A model generated the notes under the pieces. The model did no database searches. It had not been told where the DNA came from and saw nothing but the letters and a program-made list of their open reading frames with translations. A stretch of DNA of 64,000 bases from Hydrolagus affinis (taxonomy: Eukaryota), in assembly GCA_012026655.1 (NCBI GenBank), contig JAAILG010000988.1:1-64000 (forward strand), read 5' to 3'. The position numbers and the translations under genes were made by a program. How positions within the stretch are numbered: position 1 is the first letter of the stretch; every line of letters starts with the position of its first letter. Of the stretch, positions 38,916-51,890 are shown one piece after another.

Positions 38916-39889
38916 TCATATGGGGGAGGAACTGGAAAATGGGATTAATAATAAAAGATGATTTAGATCTGAAGAATAGATAGTAGCAGTACAGGTAGGC
39001 TGGTCTGAAAGGCTTCCTTCTGTGCTGTAAGATTCTATCGTTCGATATACACATGTCAGCTCTATTAAGGTTTGCAGACAATAGACAATAGAGCTGTAGG
39101 ACAATGGAGTGGAGGACAATAGAGCTGGAGAAGAAAGCTAAGAGATCCCAGAGAGAAAACTGCTATATTGAAAACAAAATCCAGAGGATCAGAGCTGCAT
39201 AGTATGTTGGAAGGTGTTAACATTTTGGAGTTTTGGCCGATTAACTGTGAGGTGGAGAGGGATTTCACAGCCTTATCTTGTTAGAGTTTTGTCCATGGTT
39301 GGTTATCTCTCGGGAGATTGAGTGGGTAAAGTTTATTATAAGGCAAATTGTACATGGTATGTGGAGGAAATTGGCTTGATAGGTCAAGTAGAACATGGAA
39401 AGGTCATACTTTTTGTTAAGATCGGAAGTTGTACGGGCATTGAAACTTGAAGTAAAAATGAGACAGATTGGTGTTCGTTTGATAGCTCAGTGGGTAAAGT
39501 CAATAGTCAGAATTGAACTGAGCCAAATGGACCAGGTTCGATCACCGTTTCACATTGCGGTGCTGGGCAATCTGAGGTTAACTAACTCAATTTGTGCCAG
39601 TGTCACATGCTAGAAAGGTTACAATCAATCAGTGACTGCAGCAATGCAATGCCCATGACTTGAAAATACTGTACTGCCCACTACTTCTGTATGCCTGAGC
39701 AACAACAACAAGAGCAACAAAATTACATTTACAGAGCAGAGGCTGAGGAGGAAGGGGTTTGGGATGGTCCTATAGCTTCCCCAGGCCCCATTATGAAGAA
39801 TGGCCACTTGAACGATGTACATGAGCAGCCTCGGTGACTTTGTGCAAGGGACTCCCCCCAACCTCCTAACCCCCACTGTAAAGAGGGGA

Positions 39890-40095
39890 TAATAACAACA
39901 ACAAGGATTTATATAGCGTCCTCCACTCCAGATGGCGTCTCAGAGCGCTTCACAATAGCGGAGCCCGAGACCGAGCCAGCGGTAGGGGGAAGGTGACCGT
40001 AGGCGCGGTCGAACAGAAAGGTCTTCAGGCGCAACCTGAAAATGGAAAAGGAGGGGGTGAGGTGTAGGTATTGAGGGAGGGAGTTCCAGCGTTAT
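39890..40095 (-). mobile_element. L2 LINE 3' end
   Basis: (AAC)n + ggatttatatagcg...cagagcgcttcaca...gggagggagttccag; CpG-rich, so relatively young. Confidence 0.75.
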
Positions 40096-40489
40096 AGAGA
40101 ATTAAAGAATGAAAAATGGAAAAAGTTAAAGAATTTTTTTCTAAAACGTCTGTTGGCACAGTGAAGTAGCCACTTGCGTGAGAAGTTTAAGATTGACACT
40201 GCAACAGTGTTCCTCTCCTGTTTTGGGTGAAGTCACATTGTCAGAGTTTACTCAGTATCTGACCTTGCTATGCAGTATTTTAGGTTGGTGCTGTCCAGAG
40301 TGGGATACCCCTTGTATTGGTAAATGTTCACAATTCCCACCATATGCATACTCACACAACACATGAGCATGTAAACACACACACACACAGACGTGTATGC
40401 ACATAACTGAGACATAAAAGAATATAGAAACAGAATGAAATGACAGATCCCGAAAGAAAGATAAGCCCATCAACAATAAAGCTAAAACC

Positions 40490-41180
40490 ATTATTTTTGA
40501 ATAGAGGAGGAAATGAGGATTAAATTATTCCCATTAAAGACAGTTGTTCTCATTGCGTGGACAGACGAGGGAGATGAGATAGATCCGGGTCTCAACGTGG
40601 ACTTTGCTAGTCCAGCTTGTTTAAATACCGGTAGTTAGTGCTCTGAAGGATAAGTAAAGCTGCTGTTAGCTGCATTTTAGTCTTAATTAGCGGAAGGCTT
40701 CCTCATTAATCTCTATTAAAAGATAAATTTGCCATTCTTTAGTTTTCGCTCTTGTATTAATTAACTTGGGTTTTCTGTAAATTTGTGTTTGTGGAGGTTT
40801 ATACAGTTTGACAGAAGCTGCTTTATTACATGAGTGTGATTGCTAATTCCTCTGTGCCCTGAGAATGAAGCTCGCGCTGGTATACGCACAGGTGAATAAT
40901 CACTTAAAGGAGTCTTTGAACTCTACAGATAATTATTTTCAGTCCCGAGTGCTATCCCTCTTGATGTTGTCTGGGTGCTTTATTTTTTTTAATAACTTAA
41001 TTCGGTAAGAAATTAAAAGTTGGAGCGAGCATCATCAAGTCAATCTGCTGGAGGAAATCTCTTCGCCAATGAAACCTTTGTCACGAACTTGAAGCAGATA
41101 AAACTCATTGTGAAAGATGCCGGTGAATTACAAGTGATTTAAGGGTAACAGACAACAGCAATGGCCTGAAATTACACCTA
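40490..41180. promoter_or_regulatory. candidate conserved non-coding element / enhancer
   Basis: repeat-free, dense TAAT/ATTA and GATAA motifs, retained CpGs; conservation not verified. Confidence 0.4.
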
Positions 41181-43152
41181 GTCTTAGTTTATTGGATCAT
41201 TTTGTCTTAAATGTATCCCTAACCTCTAGAATTTATCAGTCTGAAGTCTTGACGATTTGAAACCTATCTCTATGGTCACCTCCCTCTCCCCACCTCTCGT
41301 TTCCGCGCTGCTCAGAACACATTCCTCCCATTGTAAAGCACTCTGCGATTCTATTCTGTGTGTGAGGGGCTCAGTGTGGATGCAAGATCTGGTATTAAAA
41401 TGTAACATCACACAGCATTGTGGAAAATTCATCAAATCAATCTTAATTTGGAAGCTGATTCCCTCAGTTCTTAACAAAACCCATTTGAACACAAAATGGA
41501 GAAGTAGGCAAGGAGGAATTTCAGGCTTCTGGTGAGATATTTGTTGCTTTTACCACCGATTTCCTTCTTAAGAGAATCCCACAGGCTTTTATGCAAAAGC
41601 CTGAATGCTGCACATCAATGCTGTCTATTATTAAAGGAAGAATTAGCTCCACAGATAATTACGCTCACTTAGCTATGGAAGAAGTGAACATGCCAGCTGA
41701 GGAGATTGCTAGCAATTCAGCTTTCACTCCCCTACTTCCTCAGTAATGAGTATTTACTTGATCCTCTGCTATTTTGGCGTAAGGCAGAATACCTATAGAC
41801 ACCTGATTTAGGCTACCGGATAGCCTAAATACTAATAATCCTTGCATTCGATACAGCGTCTTATCACGTCTTTGAGATGTTTCAAAGTGATTCACGTGAT
41901 ATACAGTAAAGTGGATTTACAAAGTATTTTGTGGGCAATCAAGGTTTGATTGAAGAAAAGAAAATGATTGCTACAAGTGCAAAAGTATCATGGCAGATCC
42001 ATACAAGCATGTGCTTTTTTATGTGGTGGTGTGAACATACCAAACCAACACTGGCACAAACCATACTAACAGTGGAAGAAAAAGGCAGGTGAGTAGTGCC
42101 TCTAACATAAGACTGCAAACTGAAGTGAGAAAAGAAAAGGTTCACTGATACATCACATAACGCTCGAAGAGAATTGAGGATTAACACGTAGGTAGGTAGA
42201 GGCCTTCACATGCTGTTGCATTTCCTGAGACTAAACAGAAAGCTTTTGGGCTGCATATCTGAAAAGCTTTACGACTCCTTCCCACATACATTTCAGGTTA
42301 GCTGAGACATTGTGAGTGTGACTTCATCTCAGAATAAATTATAACAATAAATGAATGATGTTGGGATATAAAATAATAAATATATTGCTGATTCAAGCAT
42401 AGAATTCCAATCTACCAAATCCCTTCCCACTTGCACCCATTATACAGAGTTTCTGATCCAAGCATATCACTTAAAAGTATAATCCCATTCCAAGCATAAA
42501 ATCCTTCCCAATTATTTGTGTTGCATTTCTAAGTGCACTGAATATTATCAAAACAGCTCTCAACGGTTCTGTTTTGCACACTAACGACTTCTTGTAAAAC
42601 ATCATATTTTGTATAATTAAGCGTTTTAATTTACATTCAGTTGCAACATGCATGATTAAATGGGTGAGATATAAATTTTACAAATTGGCCTTTTTCTAAT
42701 AAGCAGGCAATGGTAATCCTGATTGGAGCATAATATTTCCTGGAAAGCAGCATATGTGTTTAACTGTACACAAGAAATGACAGCAGAATGCCTTGCGTTA
42801 ACTGAATGTTGCGGTGAACCACGGATTAATATAGAATCGATCTTTTCTTGTGACCTGGAAGAATTTATGTTTAGAGTGCAACGTTGTCAATTATTTTTGA
42901 ATTCCTCTTGATTTGATTCAATGTGGAATTCTTTGGGGATAAGAACCAACAAAAAAGGTATTGATAGTTTTCATTTCGCCGAAGTCAGTGATTCCACTGT
43001 GACCTTTGAACATTCTAACGCTAAAATTTCAAAAAGAAACCTCTTGCATGGTTTATTCAGTGGATTGACAGCTTTGCTGTTGCTGGAAATTTAAGAAATC
43101 AACCAATGCAAATCGGAGAACAATGTAACTTGAATCAGCCGCACTACATAGT

Positions 43153-43400
43153 TAATAATCCTTGCATTTGATATATACTTGCTTTTCACATCTTATCGAT
43201 GTCTCAAAGTGCTTCATAGAATATACTTTAAAGTGAATTGACTGCATATTTGTGGGTGAAACGTGGCAGCCAATTGTGCACATCAGTGTCCCACAAACAA
43301 TTGTGGATTGAAATGTCCAATTTTTTTTATTATTGTGTTTTTTTGGAGGGATTACTATTAAGCGTGTGGAGTAAGGAAACTTGCCCAAGGATTTGCCCTG
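43153..43400 (-). mobile_element. 5'-truncated younger SINE
   Basis: collinear with 56058-56305 (tail, Deu core, ggagtaaggaaacttgcccaagg). Confidence 0.9.
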
Positions 43401-43699
43401 ATCTGCCTGGACTCTCAGATAAAAGAACATCTCATAACACTTGACATTGGCGCACATACATAGCCAGCAGCAAAATAAGAAATTGTTAAATCTGCTGACA
43501 AAAAGTATGGTCATTTTAAGTTTAAAACATGCGAGGAGGTTTTAAAGAGGATTTTAGAAGGAGAGATGGTGAGAGATGGAGATGGTGACACACAGATAGT
43601 TGGCAAGGCAAAATGGCTTGGAAGAGTTCCACAGGAGTGGAGAACGGTGACTGAAAGTTTGAAAGTGAAAGAGGAGTGAGTGATTAAACAGGATTCAGA

Positions 43700-44005
43700 A
43701 GGTAACATTGCCCATGTTTTTACAGACAACATCCCAAGTTCAGGGATATGATGAACTTCAAGAAGCAAATTTTTTTACATAGGACTAACAACAGCTAGAG
43801 TAATTTCCTAGGGAGAATGGTAAAAGCCAAGGCACTTGACTAATTGAAGAAACAGTTTGTTCTGATAACAGATCTGATTACTTAGCAAATAATAGTTTGT
43901 TCCCTTCTCATTAGGAAATCAGAAGAGTGGGCATTCTGGATGGAATGGACGAGTTCAAATGGACTGATGGATCTTCTTTATTGGAAGTTCTTTCATTTTC
44001 TTATA
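43700..44005 (+). mobile_element. degenerate CR1 3' fragment
   Basis: gaagcaaattttttttacatagg...ggatggaatggacgag...tggactgatggatcttc...ttcttat. Confidence 0.5.
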
Positions 44006-44162
44006 GGGATAGGAATTCCCTTTGCATGATGAGAAGTGGTATAGGTGCTATACATTGTCCAGCAGTATGAAAACCAAAGAATTGTGGACAGAACGAGCAC
44101 TTAAAATTGATGTTTGGCAGTTACTCAACTGCTGGTGATACCAGGTCCTTACAAATACACTA

Positions 44163-44351
44163 CAGTAAAAGCCTGTTTATCTGTGACCCGATCAACCGGA
44201 ACTTCCATATTACTAGCACCTCAAAAAGGTCCGCGTTCGATTAACCGGAACTTATCCGGCACAATGTATTTTTTTTTTTTTAAATATCCGGCATGCGCTT
44301 TAACCGGCATTGGCCAGGTCCCGAGGGTGCCAGATAAATGGGCTTTTACTG
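44163..44351. mobile_element. Tigger/pogo-type MITE (about 189 bp)
   Basis: terminal inverted repeats CAGTAAAAGCCTGTTTATCTG / CAGATAAATGGGCTTTTACTG; TA on the left, TG (decayed TA) on the right; internal AACCGG repeats. Confidence 0.8.
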
Positions 44352-47219
44352 TGATTTGAATCACAATGCTTTTACTTTGTATTGTTAAAACCAGTCCACC
44401 TTCGCCCAAGAGGAGAATATTTCAGCTAATAAAACCAATGTTAAATAGGAAACTAGGGAATATGAGAAATTACTTGGGGTTTAGTTCTTTAAATGGACTA
44501 GTTGAAAGCTGCCATTATGCAATTATTGAAGTGGCTGCCGATGACTTCCAGCAGTCATATTGATCTTGTTTTCAAATCTTTATGGCCAATTATACAGCAA
44601 TTTCAGAATCACATCATTAGTAAGTATTTTTTCTCTCTTGCTAGTTATTAAAATTAGTCATTTTGGAAGTTTTTATTGATGTGATGCAGCGCAGCAAAGT
44701 GGACTGAGATCTTGCATGGTCTGAAAATCAAACTTGCTGAAACATTGCGAGCCAAAAGAGCCTTAAATTAATAAGATATTGCAGAATCTTTGAACCAGAC
44801 AAAGATCTCATTCCATGATTCAGGGTTTGAATGATCTGATCAGAGAGCTTAGAATATCTGAAATCACTAAACAAATTAGATTTAGACTCTTTCACCCTTC
44901 CCTATTAGTTTTGTCCTCCCACTGGTTCCTACTGAATTGTGAACTTACAGTTGCATGAAACACTTTCATATGTGTGAAAAGTTCCAAATGCATTAATTTT
45001 TTTAAATGGATTTTGCCTTAATCAACTTAACAATATTAATAATACTTGCATTTGATATAGTGCCTTATCATGTCGTTGAGACATCTCAAAGTGCTTCACA
45101 GAATATACTGTAAAGTGAATAAACATAGGACTTGTCTGAGTTTCGGTTTGATATTGCACAGAAATAGAGTGGTGAATGAGGAACCAGAAGCGTGCAAATA
45201 AAAATTTGTTACAGAAACTGGAGACACAATCCAATTCAGTCTATTTCCAGAGTGGACTTCCCATGGGTCTTTAGGAATTCTATTAAGGAATACTACAATT
45301 TAGGGGCAATACTATAATATTGGAAGAAATATCGCAAATTAAGAATGGACGGTATTTCAAGGGGAAGAATAGCTCTCTCATTGAACATCAAAGACATGGT
45401 GAATGTAGAATTATTGGACTCTCTCAGTCCCTTTCTTACTATCTCACGTTCCATGTTCAGATTCATCCTGAACTGGCTCATCGAACCACAAAGCCAATAA
45501 ATCCCTAAACCACTTCCCCTTGAAGAACGCTTAATCCAGAAAATGTGGAGAATGCAGAAAAAGTTAGATTAGTTGCTGTTGAGCGTGTCAGGGATATATT
45601 TTTTTGGCTCCATGGCTTGCTGAGGCAGGCCAGGAACTTGAAAACAAGAGATAGCGACAGTTACAACCCCAAATGAACTAAACCCACCACATCTTGAAGA
45701 TTAAACATTTTTCTGCTGTATAAAGATTCTTACATTGGGCAGAAACATGATTTATTTGCCCAGTCTTGTTCATTGTGGGAGGTTGTGGGGACTCCTAGCT
45801 CTGGCCTCATGGCTCGGCTGATCCACACGGGAATCAAACATTAACAATAGGGATTATACAGATGCTGAAATATACAATGTCCTCTAAAACTACAATGATA
45901 TTTGTTTATCCCCTGGCAGGATAACATTAGATTCAGAAAAAATTGACATTTATTTAGTATTAAAATATTATCATTAAATAAAACGCAAAATAATTTTTTG
46001 GTGTTAAAATAGCAACACAAAATAAATCTCTTTATAAATAAATAGTAACACTAAATAGATCTCTTTGATTGCATATTTTGTGCTTTTCGCCCACAAAATA
46101 TATCATTCATTTTACAGTACAGTATATTCTGTGAACTGCTTTGAGATGTCTCAACAAAGTGATAAGGCGCTATTTCAGATACAAGGACTATTATTATTAA
46201 TATTAAAAAGTGGGGGCCAATATTCAATGTAATTCAAACTCTCATATCTATTTATATTTGAATCCATAGGTCCTTGAAAATGATATTGAGTTCAGATCAT
46301 GCATTTTATTGCTAAAACATACCAATATTCAATCTAAGGACTAAACGATCTTTTAACTAAATTAGTATGTTTTTGCAGTGGAGCAAGTCTGTCTTTGGTT
46401 CACAAAATTTGTTCATTAAAGAATTTCTGATTATTATTTTGCAGCATTAAATTACAGGGGAGATACCAACGATATCACAGTTTTTATTACTTTTATTTTC
46501 TTTAACTTCAGAGGGTTGGTACAATTTACATTTTCAGCTCACTCAACATTTCCTGGAGATTTGGAAAAATCTGTGAACTCTTGCACAAAAAAATAACAAT
46601 TCTATCGATCTTACATAGTTTATTAGTTCACAGGACTTATCAAGTTACATGCCTTGTGCTGTGTCTGTAACCTGGATGTCTCATGGAATGAAATGGCATT
46701 TTATATTGTGCAGTGAAGCAGTCATATAAGAAATTACTGTCTTATATTTTCTGCTAATAATTTCCAGGTACTGTTTGCAAAAACTGTTATTAACGTACAC
46801 GTTTCTCTACTGGGCAATGCAATTTAGGAGAAGAGGCTTAAAAATTAAAGTAGCTGAACTGGTTTCAGATTTCACAGCAGAGCTACTCCCTGTTAAAGGA
46901 AGATTTCTCCCAGGTTTGTTTCCTGATACCACTGGGATCAGCTTGCTCCACTGCAGAGACTGTTTCAGCAAGTTGACTCCCACTGTAACCATCAGATTAT
47001 TTGGCTGCCACTGTTAGCTTTCTCAACTCGATTTGACTTATTTTAATTCTAAAAACAGAAGAGGGAGAAAAAAGTGTGCAGCGTTGGACACAATCGGAAA
47101 CAAAATGTTATATCATTGGATGCAAACATTTGTTGCCTGCTTTTAAAGGCCTGAAATTTCACCTTGTCAGTTTTTGTTAGACCATTTGGTCTTATTTTAA
47201 ATTGCACAGGGCATTTAAA

Positions 47220-47402
47220 TTTTGGAGAACGTTGTCCTCGCCGACAATCCCCCAAATAATATTGGTCACTCACTCCATGGCTATTTGTGGGAATATTGCT
47301 GCACACAACTGGCTGCCGCATTTACCCACAAACTGCACAATCAATCCACTTTACAGGAAATGCTGTGAAGCGATTTCGGTGACAAGACGCAATATTATTA
47401 TT
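47220..47402 (+). mobile_element. Deu-SINE 3' half
   Basis: attggtcactcactccatggctatttgtgggaatattgctgcacacaactggctgccgc followed by the tail. Confidence 0.75.
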
Positions 47403-50400
47403 TAATTTGTACAGAAATGTGAAAATTCTCCGATTTAGACTTGATTTGGTAGATTAAGACTTGTGGAAAATAGATCCAAATTAGTTGTGAAATGAAGAGA
47501 TTTCCACAATTCTATGTGATAGTAAATTTTAGGACAAAATAACCTTCCAGGTGAAGACTGTTGAATTTCAGGACTAAACAATAACATCAATTTGTCAAGA
47601 AAAGAATTGTTCACACCAGGAACTAATTTTTCCACTGTTACTGTTTTGAACCCTGAGCTTGGTTAAAGAGTGCATTGTTTTTAAATTGCACTATTCAATG
47701 GAGAAATCAATAGAACAATAGAATACCACTGCACACTCTCTTAGTCGTCAATCATTTGACGCAGAAATAAAATAAATTAAATGAACAGCGAATAAGTTTG
47801 CAAGAGGCAAAGTTGATTTCATCAGGATTAGTCCTGATGTGGAGTAGACCGTATTTCAGGAGAAAACACAGGTCAGAGCTCTGTCAGCGATGAGCTCCAT
47901 CGGTACATATCAATGAAAAAATTGTATTAAACTATATTTCACCGAATGGTTGGAAAATTTCCTTTATCATGTTGAAAGGTCTCAAAATGCTTGCGATAGA
48001 AAGATAAAGCATTCTCAATGTCACTCCCATACCTTGCATTCAGACGATGATGGATAGAAACTAAGTCCCTATTCATCTCTTTCCACAAGCCACAATGTCT
48101 AAATCTATATTCACCACTTTCCACCTCTATGTTATAGCTTGTTCATATATCCTGTTTTTCCAAATCTTTTTTCCCCAAAGGAGAGCTGGAGAAAATGCAC
48201 ATATCCTTTTGGGCAATATCCCTGTTCATTGGAATGTGAGCACTGCGCTACGCTATTGCCCTACGCCTCGAAAAATCCAAATTAAATGATTTAAACATTG
48301 GACGATATTGTGAGTTCCCCAACAGCCATGTTAAGCACAATGAGGCTTATTTATGTATCGTTAAAAAATGAATCCTGCTGTGGAAGCAGTAATGAACACA
48401 AGCCCTATGTAAACTGGGGAGAGTAAAAACGATGATGATTTTGGCACAAGGTGAAGCTAAACGTCTTTCTTTTTCCTGCCTGTTTTGTACATTTTATTCC
48501 TCTCCGTGCTCAAGCTGCTCACCAGAACATGTCAGTAACAATTTATAACACTCATTTTAATACAAAAGATGTGGAATAATGTGGATCATTAGAGTTGAGA
48601 AACGTATTTCTTGGTTAACAAATATTTGTAACCGGGATTAATTGATCCTAAAAGTTGTACTTATTAAAGACGTAATAAGGGAGTACAGCTGCTTCCAGTT
48701 CAACCTGCATTAAATGTATTGGGCTATGGATTATTCAATATCTCTAAAATTTGCTTTAACAAATGAACTCTGGGTCGGGTCATTTGTAACATGAGCAGGT
48801 TTGTGCTAAATGCAGCTGCTGATGCTGTCTTCATACTGCTATAATGAACAGTGTTAATGAACGACATTATACTTATTATGGATCTCCTTTATTACTACAA
48901 ATTCAGTACATCTGAACCTTCATCTCAAATCAGCTCATTTCGCAGTGAACAGCATTTGAGGCACCTGAAGTCTGCAGTAGCATAACTAAAATGTGTAGTA
49001 ATCCCCGACACCCCACACTCACATACGCACACACATACACACAAACACACACACTACCTCCAGAGTGCACTCCCGTTAGAGAGTGTACTCTTTGTGTTGT
49101 GCTCTATAATATCATTTCTTTTCTTTTTCATTCAAATACAATCATCTTAACTGCCGCCTATCCCCCTCCCCTCATGGTGAGCAATGCCCCACCACCCCGC
49201 TACGTCTCCAGTTGTTAATGTTAAGCAAGGATCATTAAAACGTAAATGTCCTGACCTGAATTGGCAATATCGTGCATTGTAATTACAGAAGAATTGGAGT
49301 CATTAACCCACCTCGAACAGCAGGTTTTCATTAGGTGATAAGAGTATGCCACGGTCCCCACTGAGCTCCTTACCGCATGGTTTATTGTGTGCCTGTGGCA
49401 GGAGGTTCGGCAAAATCGACTCCAACAATTAAGTCCAATATAGTTCTGATTTTTAATAAAAATCCTTTCGTCACAGTACTCAGTATTTGGGGTGAGGAGC
49501 ATGAATCTGGAGCTCTGACTGTTGCTTTTGCTGCCAATGCTTGCATCAGTCACAGTGTAGACTGAGTTCCTGCGATTCTACAATAACACATACCTATTTG
49601 AATATATTGGGAATGAATAGACACCTGGACTGATGTTGAATCAGACATTATTGCCCCCTCAGGAGGCCTGAAATTGTGTATTGCAGTGCAGACTGATGGG
49701 CCCAGGGCATCACCTGACATTGTGAGGTAGAAGTGGGACTATTGCCATCTTTAGGCTAGTGCCTGGCCACACCAAAGGCACTCGTATCAGCTGCCATCCC
49801 TCATCGCAATATTAAACCTATGCTGGAAATGGCAAATGTTTTTGTTCTCTTCATGTTCATTGAGTAGAGATTTTTTTAATTGCACTTTTTAATTCTTTTA
49901 ATTGCACTTTTTAATGCAGTGACAGCATGAATCAATCCGTTTTGCCCAAAGTAATGACACAGAGGTGCCAGTGGGCACTTAGTGAGACTTCAGAAAGTGA
50001 CTGCACAAAGGGGGGGCTTCAGTCTGCAAGATGGATTGCGAATGCACACAGATTTAACCCAGCACTGGGCTCACTCCACATTGAAGGACATTGTTGGGAG
50101 ACTGGACTTCTGATCATAACATCCCAATCCTGGTGTTGCAGACATTTATCGATAGTACATAGCAACTTAGAGTAAACCTTTCTAGCAGGTCTCAGTGATC
50201 ACCATCGCTGTAAAATCCTGTCGTGTAAATCCAGCATTTATGGCTGATTTCCTTTTTGCAAGATCCCACACATCTAAGAAACTGTCAGGGCATTTCATTT
50301 AAGGGTTAAAGCAGGCATTTCTGTTGGTTATTTGGAAGAATTCCAATTATCCCTGTTTGAAATTCATGGGATCGTAAGGCTTGAATCCCAAGTCCCTTCT

Positions 50401-51559
50401 GGAGCCAAGTCTGTAAATTATGGGTGCTCACGGGCACTTTAGCTTTCTCCAAGGAAGACATTCACTAGAATCAAAGCTTCGTTACTTAAAACACAAAATC
50501 GTCAACCACAAAGCTAGACTTTTACAAGATAGAAATTACAAATTGCGACAAAACATAACTCTGCTCAATAAAGATAAATAAAAGACGACAGTTCCCTTTG
50601 ATTCAGTGGACTAATTCAGAAAAGCTGGTTTAGGAAGAAAGCAGTTGTAAAACAGATGCTGAATAATTATTTTTCACCCCAAGGAGGGACCTCCGAGTAT
50701 TTTGGAAGCTGGTGAATATTTTATCAAATGCTTTTTCAAAGAGAGCAAAGCTGTGTATGAAGAGATCACACAAATTCTCAAGGGGGTGGGGTGGTCGGGG
50801 GTATGGGGGGAAGAGACTCTTAAAAATGCCTTACATCTGGTCACAATCGTGAATTCTGAAATCTGATTTAACTGAGGACAATACATGAATTGGACAACCC
50901 AGAGTTTTAGGGGCTGGTCATGTGCTAACTAGCGGACCACAGAAAGCAAATGCTGTTTAAGCAAATCACAATCCCCAGAACACAAAGACTTTGTTTGGGT
51001 CCAATTGCTTTCCTTTTTTTGCATGTAAGTTGATCATAGTGCAGGGTGACCAACGTTTTCGCTTCACCTCCAAACTTCACGTGTGCATTCAATTTGCTTC
51101 AATATAACGCTCATTCGCCCTGACCTCCAACCATTGCAACATGCTCACTCCTTTCACCCTCCAATGCCCTATTTAAGCTGCAGTAAGCCCCTTTCACAAT
51201 AAAATCTTGTCTTTCCGGGACAGAGTATTACTGCATTTGTGATGTCAGTGATTCGGGATGGCTGGAGGAATAGACGGGACATTAAATGAGAGGCCGCTCG
51301 TGCACTTTTATAAAGTTAGGGTAAACTCAAAGTAGCTGAGAGGAAGAAAACTATTGCTGGACAAAGAGAAATTAATGAGAGGCCTACAAATTCAAGGGGA
51401 GATGCTGTAGATACAATCATGCTATTCATCCCCAGGGATCGATAGATGAAATAGAGTCCATTAAAGTATCCTCAATCCATTAACTCCTTCAAGAAAGAAT
51501 TGGCTATGAATCCAGTTGGGAAGAGTTCTGGGGGAAACAGAGGTGGATGTAGACAATAG

Positions 51560-51890
51560 TTCACGGAACATATTATGCCTGTGCCAATATGGTTCAGTTG
51601 TCTGGGGAAAGTTAGATTCGGAGGGAAGCAGACATAGGTTTAACAGTGGAGGTGGGGGAATGAATATCTGGAAAGCAAGATCAAAGAGGAAGGTCTTGAG
51701 ATGGGTCTTGAAGGAGGCAAGGGAGAGGGGGAGTTCCAGAAGGTGGAAGCAGAAAAACTGAAGGTTCCGACAGTCAATGGTGAGGCGGGCAGGGCGAGGA
51801 ACATGAAGCAGGCCAGTACTGCCAACCGGAGGGAGCAGACAGGTTGGTATGGTGTTAATAGGTCCCAGGCAAATTTATAAAGCAAATTCA
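51560..51890 (-). mobile_element. degenerate L2 ORF2 3' fragment
   Basis: minus-strand ORF reads LLTPYQPVCSLR...TVGTFSFSASTFWNS, typical of the L2 C-terminus (PxRxLRS..G.RAFS..AP.LWN). Confidence 0.65.

Noticed and set aside
38602-39081. 159-aa ORF, the longest in the track
   Set aside because: It reads through SINE and CR1 fragments and has no protein motifs.
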